A DNA stretch of 55,102 bases, taken from a virus (taxonomy: Duplodnaviria > Caudoviricetes). Positions 1 through 5,812 of the stretch are shown piece by piece. Within the stretch, counting starts at the first letter, position 1; the number at the start of each line of letters is the position of its first letter. A program made the translations under genes and the position numbers. Location: positions 1-55,102 of IMG/VR virus record IMGVR_UViG_3300037742_000050. One strand, written 5' to 3'. The notes beneath the pieces are model-generated. The model was not told where the DNA came from. It was given only the letters and a program-made list of their open reading frames with translations, and ran no database searches.

Positions 1-116
1 CCCCAGGGCCAGGGGTGTAGGATCTGGAGGTCGAGTGACCTCAGGTCCGAGCCGGGACCGGGGACTATGAAGGACTATGAAATATTTCAAGAGCGAGAGG
101 AGATGATTCTTGGTGT
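1..116 (+). repeat. Inverted repeat copy 1 (promoter spacer, -10, 5' leader, SD, TTG start)
   Basis: Exact reverse complement of 52672-52787; contains TAGGAT, GGACTATGAA x2 (62-81), palindrome TGAAATATTTCA (78-89), SD GAGAGGAG. Confidence 0.95.
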
Positions 117-799
117 CGACCATTGACAGGGACCTGCTTGAGAGCGTGGAAGCCACGTTCCACGCGGCAGGTGACGATGCCTGGGACGTGCCACCTACGT
201 TCCTGGTGTTCAGCCACGTCCCGGCGCGCACGGAGGACGAGAAGGGGAGAGTCGTCGCCGGTGTCGCCGGTGAGCATGTCGCCCGACTTTTCAACGACCC
301 AGTGGAGGTCATCGAGGCGATCGGGGGGACCTTGTTTCATGCACTGAGTAATCCCGACGCTTTTCCTAACCCGATGAGCCTCCTGAGACCGTCGCAAAAT
401 GATCTTAATGACTCCGGTCTCAGCGACCTCGATATGACCTCATCGAAGATCATTGGCGCTGCTTACGTCGTGGAGATGTATGCGATGCCCCCGGCCGAGT
501 ACACCAAGGCGATAGCGGCGATGACCCAGGACGAACGGAACGCGGTACGGGAGATGTACGGTCGCATTCCGATCACACACCTCACCAACAAACCGTCCGA
601 GCAGCGCGTGCTGTACGCCGTGGACACCAAGCAGTACATCCACACCCTCAGTCGCGTACGTGGCGAGGAAACCGTTCGCTACGATCAACCAACACAGCCA
701 ATGGAGATTCCTGGTCAACATCAAGGTAACCGGGACATGATCGCCACCCTTGTCGCCACCCTTGACGTGATCCTCCAGATCGAGGCGACCGCGAAATGA
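110..799 (+). CDS. Hypothetical protein, 229 aa
   Basis: TTG 7 nt after GAGAGGAG; long ORF with protein-like composition. Confidence 0.75.
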   Translation: MVSTIDRDLLESVEATFHAAGDDAWDVPPTFLVFSHVPARTEDEKGRVVAGVAGEHVARLFNDPVEVIEAIGGTLFHALSNPDAFPNPMSLLRPSQNDLNDSGLSDLDMTSSKIIGAAYVVEMYAMPPAEYTKAIAAMTQDERNAVREMYGRIPITHLTNKPSEQRVLYAVDTKQYIHTLSRVRGEETVRYDQPTQPMEIPGQHQGNRDMIATLVATLDVILQIEATAK

Positions 800-936
800 A
801 CCACGGTCCGGTCGCCACTGCCGCGCGCCGGTTTACCGTGATCCTCCTCGTGGTTACGGTTATCGCGTTCGTTAGCAAATGCAACGAGGAGAACTACCGG
901 CCGTGGCCGCAACCCTCATCGGGGTCCACGCGGTAA
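796..936 (+). CDS. Small membrane protein, 46 aa
   Basis: ATGA overlap with upstream stop; hydrophobic stretch FTVILLVVTVIAFV. Confidence 0.55.
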   Translation: MNHGPVATAARRFTVILLVVTVIAFVSKCNEENYRPWPQPSSGSTR

Positions 937-969
937 GCTGCCCCATATCGTGCTCCTCACGATGCGCTG

Positions 970-1015
970 AAACCCCTCACTTCTGTTGGTCACTCATCTC
1001 GAAGTGGGGGGTTTC
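970..1015. terminator. Stem-loop, possible terminator
   Basis: GAAACCCCTCACTTC...GAAGTGGGGGGTTTC inverted repeat. Confidence 0.55.
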
Positions 1016-1032
1016 GCCATATCCTCAGTTAC

Positions 1033-1320
1033 ATGGAAGAGACTCGTTGTCCCTGCGAGGACATGACAGACGAGCAGCTTGACGCTGCGGTTGCTCAGTT
1101 CGTTGGGGAAGGCCGCATCCCGGCCGCTCTCGGTCGGTACTGGACGCGTGGTAAAGGAGCCGCCAAGATCCGCTGGGGGACTGACGGCTCCTTCAGCCGG
1201 TGTGTGAGGCTACTTCGGCCCAAGGTGAAGAACCTTGGGATCGACATCAAGGGCTTGTGCGCGAATCTCCACAAGAGGGCAACAGGCGAATGGCCCGCCG
1301 AAAAGGGGGTTGACTCGTAA
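1033..1320 (+). CDS. Small conserved actinophage-type protein
   Basis: YWTRGKGAAKIRWGTDG...RC...GLCANLH..ATGEWP motif, recalled from actinophage proteins. Confidence 0.65.
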   Translation: MEETRCPCEDMTDEQLDAAVAQFVGEGRIPAALGRYWTRGKGAAKIRWGTDGSFSRCVRLLRPKVKNLGIDIKGLCANLHKRATGEWPAEKGVDS

Positions 1321-1570
1321 TGGGGGTGGGTCGAACTGGCCCGTCGTTCGGTTTCAGGCTGGGTGGGGGCATAGGTGGTCTACTTCGCTGATGGGGGGCG
1401 GGTAAGGTTTGGCAAGTCGGCTGGAATTGGGACGGAGAAGGCCCGGCTCGGTATGTCGTTGTGTAAGTGTGGTGGGGTGGGGGGACTCGACTTGTCGTTA
1501 CGGGGGCTGGGTTGAAAGGGAATAGGACGTCGGAAAAGACAGGGTTAGGCCCGGCTCGGTTTGTCGGTAC
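1321..1570 (-). repeat. Array A: about 7 GAC-NN-(NCC-NN)n units, candidate guide ncRNA array
   Basis: Minus strand e.g. GACAA ACCGA GCCGG GCCTA ACCCT GTCTT; plus-strand GTC anchors ending at 1345,1380,1418,1457,1496,1531,1565; no long ORF. Confidence 0.8.
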
Positions 1571-1575
1571 GTTAC

Positions 1576-1716
1576 TTAATCCCCTTCCGCTATGGCGGCC
1601 AACACGATTGCGATGACGACAACGCCCACGCCCAGCATGGTCAGTCCGGCCAATAGCAGCAGTGCTACGCCGGCCAGCGTCAGGACGATCGCGGTACCCA
1701 TTAGTTTGCCGTTCAC
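1576..1716 (-). CDS. Small membrane protein
   Basis: Almost wholly hydrophobic MGTAIVLTLAGVALLLLAGL...; start GTG 1716 or ATG 1701. Confidence 0.6.
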   Translation of the reverse strand: MNGKLMGTAIVLTLAGVALLLLAGLTMLGVGVVVIAIVLAAIAEGD

Positions 1717-1717
1717 T

Positions 1718-1819
1718 TCACGCCCCTGCGCCTGGTACGGAGCAAGAGTACAGGGCCATCGCGAAGCCGAGGATGGCGCCGAGCAGGACAGTGGCAGCGA
1801 GCCAGTGTCGGACTTGCAT
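1718..1819 (-). CDS. 33-aa membrane/secreted peptide
   Basis: MQVRHWLAATVLLGAILGFAMALYSCSVPGAGA; SD AAAGGGA upstream. Confidence 0.55.
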   Translation of the reverse strand: MQVRHWLAATVLLGAILGFAMALYSCSVPGAGA

Positions 1820-1858
1820 CTTGAGTCATCCCTTTCGTGATCGGAGACGGGTACGACT

Positions 1859-1911
1859 AGTGTACCATCCCCTCCCCGGGGGTTGCAACGGACGGCAAAC
1901 AGTCCTATACT
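1859..1911. promoter_or_regulatory. Divergent SigA-type promoters sharing palindromic -35 TTGCAA (1883-1888)
   Basis: Rightward TTGCAA-17-TATACT with ATG 7 nt later (leaderless); leftward TTGCAA-18-(TGG)TACACT. Confidence 0.75.
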
Positions 1912-1918
1912 GAGCCCC

Positions 1919-2461
1919 ATGCCCGCATCGAGAGACTACGCCTCCGAGATGGACTCGGTCCTCGCACAGTTCATCTCCCCGGAAGAGAACTACGTCCTGA
2001 GGGACGTGGCCGCCAAGGTCATCGCCTGGTGCGAGGAGCACGACCCTGCCCTCCTCGAAGGGTGGCTACGACTCCAGGCCCAGGACCTGGTATTCCATAC
2101 CCTTTCCCGCAATGAGCAGAAGGAGCGGCAGCGCAGCGAGCGGGGTACCAAGCATGCTGTGTTCGCTGCCGCGCTTGCCTCAGCGGTCAACGGCGACTAC
2201 GCCCCCGCCAAAGAGCAACTGTCCATATTGGACGCTCGGTATTCGGTTGGCGCCAAGTCGAACCGGAAGAAGTACCGGGCCATGACCCGCGAGGAAGTAT
2301 TGACCATAGCCGGCAGCTACGGCCGGATGGAAGCCCACTCTCGGGTACGGCGACTGTTCCACGAGATGGTGGCCGAACGCATCGGCGACGGGGAGACCGT
2401 GGGCGACAAGTTTGATGCCACCCAGTTGTACAGCATCCAGCGGGAACTGGGTATCGACTAA
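1919..2461 (+). CDS. Uncharacterised mostly helical protein (180 aa), candidate partner of Cas7-like gene
   Basis: Leaderless ATG; stop TAA overlaps first GACTA of array B. Confidence 0.75.
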   Translation: MPASRDYASEMDSVLAQFISPEENYVLRDVAAKVIAWCEEHDPALLEGWLRLQAQDLVFHTLSRNEQKERQRSERGTKHAVFAAALASAVNGDYAPAKEQLSILDARYSVGAKSNRKKYRAMTREEVLTIAGSYGRMEAHSRVRRLFHEMVAERIGDGETVGDKFDATQLYSIQRELGID

Positions 2462-2845
2462 CCCTTCCGATCCGTCCCAGCCTGACTATCCAACCCTACC
2501 CAATCCTGCTTCGACTAACTCGCCCGCTCCAGACCGACTAACCCCGCCCGGCTCTTCTGGCCCCACCTCAGCCGACAGGCCGCCCCTCTTCTCTCCAGGG
2601 TCGACGGACTCCACCCCGCCCGACCTATCCGACTATCCCGGCCCACTCGCCTCCATTCCACCCCTGTCCAGGTCGCCCGACCAGCCTCCCCATGTCACCT
2701 CCATACCTGCCCAAGTCGCCTGACTGGGCCGCCCTATGCCACCCTTCTCGACTGACCCACTCACGCCGTATCGACCCGTGATGACAGACCCAACCTTGCC
2801 ACCCCAGCCGACGACGACAAGCCGTCCCTTGCCCCCTCCCCCCAA
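2456..2845 (+). repeat. Array B: 12 GAC-NN-(NCC-NN)n units, candidate guide ncRNA array
   Basis: GAC anchors 2456,2484,2513,2536,2574,2603,2631,2679,2722,2750,2783,2816; 5-nt CC periodicity. Confidence 0.85.
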
Positions 2846-2879
2846 TAAACAACAACAACCGAAAGGAGAAAGAGCGCAA

Positions 2880-3590
2880 ATGTTCGAGCAGTACCGCAAC
2901 CAGGTGTGGCCCTTGGAATTCGAAGGCACCATCAAGGCCACCCGTATCTGTGGCGGCATCCCCAACGACCCTAATATCGCCAAGTCCTGGCTGGAGAAGA
3001 AGCTTGGGGTCACCGATGACGAGCAGCTTCAGCGGCTCGTACTGGAAACGATGATGCAGCGCGAGGGCACGACCCGCGACGAGGCAGTGAAGGAGGTTAT
3101 CCAGAAGACATCGGTGAACGGTTTCAAAGCCGACGAGCTTGGCCTGTACGTCGAGGGCCGGCAACTCAAGGCATGCCTGAAGGAAGCCGTGTCTGTAGCT
3201 ATCGCCTCAAAGAAGCTGGTAGCAACCGGTTGGGGGACCACTAAGAAATGGATCACCAACTATTTCCCGGAGCACGTCTTTGTTGTCGAGGACACATTGT
3301 ACCTGCTCGATCAGGACGGTAAACACATCACCGAGCGGCCAACGCCGACCCAGCGGTTCGTGTCCACGTATCGCGGCAACGCCATCAGCTACGACGAGGT
3401 GATTCCTGAGGCGTACATCAAATTCCGGGTCATCTCCGACCACCCGTTCACCGAGAAGCAATGGGCCACCCTGTGGGTCACTGCCGAACAGCAGGGACTT
3501 GGTGCCAACCGTAGTCAGGGGTACGGGCGTTTTGAGGTGGTCGCCTGGAACCAGGTCCGTGACGACACGGAGAAGGTCAAGACAAGCTGA
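2880..3590 (+). CDS. Stand-alone Cas7/RAMP-superfamily protein (236 aa)
   Basis: SD GAAAGGAG 2861-2868; LYVEGRQLKACLKEA resembles the RAMP IPGSSLKGxxR segment; C-terminal glycine loop GLGANRSQGYGRFEV. Confidence 0.8.
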   Translation: MFEQYRNQVWPLEFEGTIKATRICGGIPNDPNIAKSWLEKKLGVTDDEQLQRLVLETMMQREGTTRDEAVKEVIQKTSVNGFKADELGLYVEGRQLKACLKEAVSVAIASKKLVATGWGTTKKWITNYFPEHVFVVEDTLYLLDQDGKHITERPTPTQRFVSTYRGNAISYDEVIPEAYIKFRVISDHPFTEKQWATLWVTAEQQGLGANRSQGYGRFEVVAWNQVRDDTEKVKTS

Positions 3591-3600
3591 CTCTCAAAAG

Positions 3601-3637
3601 GGGGCACGGGACATCATGTAACGATGCTCCGTGCCCC
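3601..3637 (+). other. Hairpin between Cas7-like stop and array C (processing/stability element?)
   Basis: GGGGCACGG...CCGTGCCCC 9-bp perfect stem plus inner CATC/GATG. Confidence 0.65.
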
Positions 3638-4072
3638 GTCACGACAACCCATACCTCTCCGCTCCGTCATGACAAGCCACACCTCTTCGCCCCGTCACGA
3701 CAATCCATGACGTTCCGTCCCGTCGCGACAAGCCATACCTCTCCGCCCCGCATCGTCTGGACCATCCGATTCAGTACCCCACCTGCCCAAACCGACTTGC
3801 CCAGCCGGTCCAGCCCTGACCGACAGACCCACCCCGCCTATGTCGCACCGACGAGCCGAGCCGTCCCTGACCTGACCGACCTGACAAGCCGCGCCCTTTC
3901 CCTCCACTGACTACCCCGACAGACCGAGCCGTGCGCCGTCCGTACCACCCCAAGTGGTCGACAGTCCCAATTGGTCCGGTCCGCATCTCGCTGACTATCC
4001 CGGTCATGCCGCGCCACTCTTAGCGACAAGTCTTGCCCGCCCGGCCCGCTCTCCCCCGCACCACAGGGACAA
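3638..4072 (+). repeat. Array C: about 13 GAC-NN-(NCC-NN)n units, candidate guide ncRNA array
   Basis: GAC anchors 3643,3671,3699,3727,3760,3794,3822,3850,3883,3918,3960,3993,4025,4068; first four units nearly identical at 28-nt spacing. Confidence 0.85.
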
Positions 4073-4073
4073 G

Positions 4074-4110
4074 CGAAACCCCCTCCAGGAGCGCCCTGGA
4101 GGGGGTTTCG
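4074..4110. terminator. Strong hairpin, probably bidirectional terminator
   Basis: 16-bp perfect stem CGAAACCCCCTCCAGG/CCTGGAGGGGGTTTCG between convergent units. Confidence 0.85.
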
Positions 4111-4126
4111 TGGTACAGGTGACAGG

Positions 4127-5008
4127 TCAGCCTGGTCGACGGGCGTCCCACGACGGTAGGCGCTTGTCGTCCCGCTCGCCCTTGTTGTACTCGTTGGTGA
4201 GTACGAACGCGACCGCGTCCCGGCTCCTGTTACGCATCGTTGTGCGGAACGTGTTCGCCGCGCCGATGATGCCGGACGGGCCGCCCGGATACTTGGACAG
4301 CTTGTCGATCATGATCTTGTCGATCACCTGTTCCGCGTACCGCTCCAGCATGTGGAACAGGCCGCCGAGAATCCGGTAGTCCATCGAATCGTTCTGCCCG
4401 TTCCAGGCTTTGGTAAGGATGTCGATGGTTCGTTCCGCGACCACCGGATCGACCCGGTACATGTTCTCCAGGGTCCGGATAGCTGCGAAGCGGTACTCTC
4501 CGGGCTGCAACGTGATCGTCCAGTTCCGCTTGACGAGCATGTCGTAAATGCGCCGGGTGGCCCGGTGGCCGGCGACGAGTCGCGCCCGGAAGATGTCCAC
4601 TGGGGACGGTCGCTTCGTCGCGTTGAGCAACGTGAACAGGAATGCTTCCTGCCGCCGGGTCAGTCCATTGTAGACGTTCGCGGTGACGCGCTCATCCTCA
4701 AGTCCCTGCCGCATGAACAACTCACGACGATGCTGTCCATCGACCATGCTGTATGTGCCGTTGGGACGCCGGTTGAGGGTGACGACACCCACAGCCTGGC
4801 GGCTGAAGTTGGCGATCATCTCGTTGACACGGGCGTTGTCCAGCTTGCGCTGAACGGTCACATCCACAACGGTGTCACCGATACGGACCTCACGAACCTC
4901 GGGCTCCCCGAAGCCGAGGTCGTCAGGGTCGAGTTCAGCTTCGAATTCGACTACGGCCTCGTTCAGTGTTACCGGGGTGGCCTCGTCCTCGATGTGCTCC
5001 TCACTCAA
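4127..5008 (-). CDS. ParB/Srx-like N-terminal domain protein (DGQHR motif)
   Basis: VQR...YSMVDGQHR...EAFLFTLLN. Confidence 0.75.
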   Translation of the reverse strand: MSEEHIEDEATPVTLNEAVVEFEAELDPDDLGFGEPEVREVRIGDTVVDVTVQRKLDNARVNEMIANFSRQAVGVVTLNRRPNGTYSMVDGQHRRELFMRQGLEDERVTANVYNGLTRRQEAFLFTLLNATKRPSPVDIFRARLVAGHRATRRIYDMLVKRNWTITLQPGEYRFAAIRTLENMYRVDPVVAERTIDILTKAWNGQNDSMDYRILGGLFHMLERYAEQVIDKIMIDKLSKYPGGPSGIIGAANTFRTTMRNRSRDAVAFVLTNEYNKGERDDKRLPSWDARRPG

Positions 5009-5549
5009 GGGTTTGTGCCTCCTTCCTTCGTTTTTGCAGTTCCATGAATCGCCCTTTCATCTGGGCGATGTCTCGCATGTGCTTTGCGATGTTTTTAACG
5101 AAGGCTGCTATCTCTTCGTCGGTAAGCCCTTCATTGAGGTTCCGGACGTTCTTTGCCAGTTCGGCGTCGTCGCGGAGTCTCTCAAGTAAGGTCTGCATCG
5201 CTTGACGCTGTACATGCAGGCTCCGGAACCGTGGGTTCTGGGCCGCGAACTCCCTGATCAGGTTGTTGCCCTTGGGGGCCCCGATCTTTCCTGCCTCGAT
5301 CTGCTTGACGATACTTCGGGCGTACTCCCCGATCTCATCGCTCCGCTCTGCGGTCCGGAAAATGTACGTCACGGTAACAATCAGCCATTCCGGCATGTCG
5401 TGCAGATCGGCGAACTTACGTGCTCTCGACGGGCTGGCTGATCGTTCTTCGCTGTCCCGGAACACCTCCCATTGCAGGTAAAGGTCCCGCCACGACTTGA
5501 ATGTTTTCGGGAGGGGGGTTGGTGGTGCCCCTCTTCCTATTCCTGCCAA
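5001..5549 (-). CDS. Hypothetical helical protein
   Basis: SD AAGGAGG; overlaps both neighbours in an operon. Confidence 0.7.
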   Translation of the reverse strand: MAGIGRGAPPTPLPKTFKSWRDLYLQWEVFRDSEERSASPSRARKFADLHDMPEWLIVTVTYIFRTAERSDEIGEYARSIVKQIEAGKIGAPKGNNLIREFAAQNPRFRSLHVQRQAMQTLLERLRDDAELAKNVRNLNEGLTDEEIAAFVKNIAKHMRDIAQMKGRFMELQKRRKEAQTLE

Positions 5550-5752
5550 TCGTGCCGCACCTCCTTCTCCGGTGTCTTGAACCGGTTGACCTGTTCGGGA
5601 GGGATGCGCCAGGATGGCCGCTTACCTTCACCTGCGATGTTGACTGCGACGATCTCGCCAGCGTGGATCAGGTTGTACACGTGCGTGACTGAGCAGTTCA
5701 GTTCCCGTGCGACCTCCCGCACGGTCATCAGGTCGGTAGGTGGACGATCCAA
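5537..5752 (-). CDS. Excisionase/MerR-like helix-turn-helix protein
   Basis: LMTVREVARELNCSVTHVYNLIHAGEI...WRIP. Confidence 0.85.
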   Translation of the reverse strand: MDRPPTDLMTVREVARELNCSVTHVYNLIHAGEIVAVNIAGEGKRPSWRIPPEQVNRFKTPEKEVRHDWQE

Positions 5753-5812
5753 AGTGTTCCCTCCTTTCCGTTGATCTCACGGAAGGGTAGCATACGTTTC
5801 AAGCGTTGTAAA

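Noticed and set aside
47-56. CCGAGCCGGG in the inverted-repeat leader matching array A units
   Set aside because: Only 10 nt in GC-rich DNA; compatible with chance
2412-2879. Pro-rich ORFs over array B, including the 2736 extension of the RAMP gene
   Set aside because: By-products of C-rich periodic DNA; strong SD supports ATG 2880
2456-4072. Canonical CRISPR array next to the Cas7-like gene
   Set aside because: No identical direct repeats separated by unique spacers; conservation is interleaved at a 5-nt period
3695-4079. Short ORFs on both strands across array C
   Set aside because: No SD, low-complexity translation, period 5 not 3
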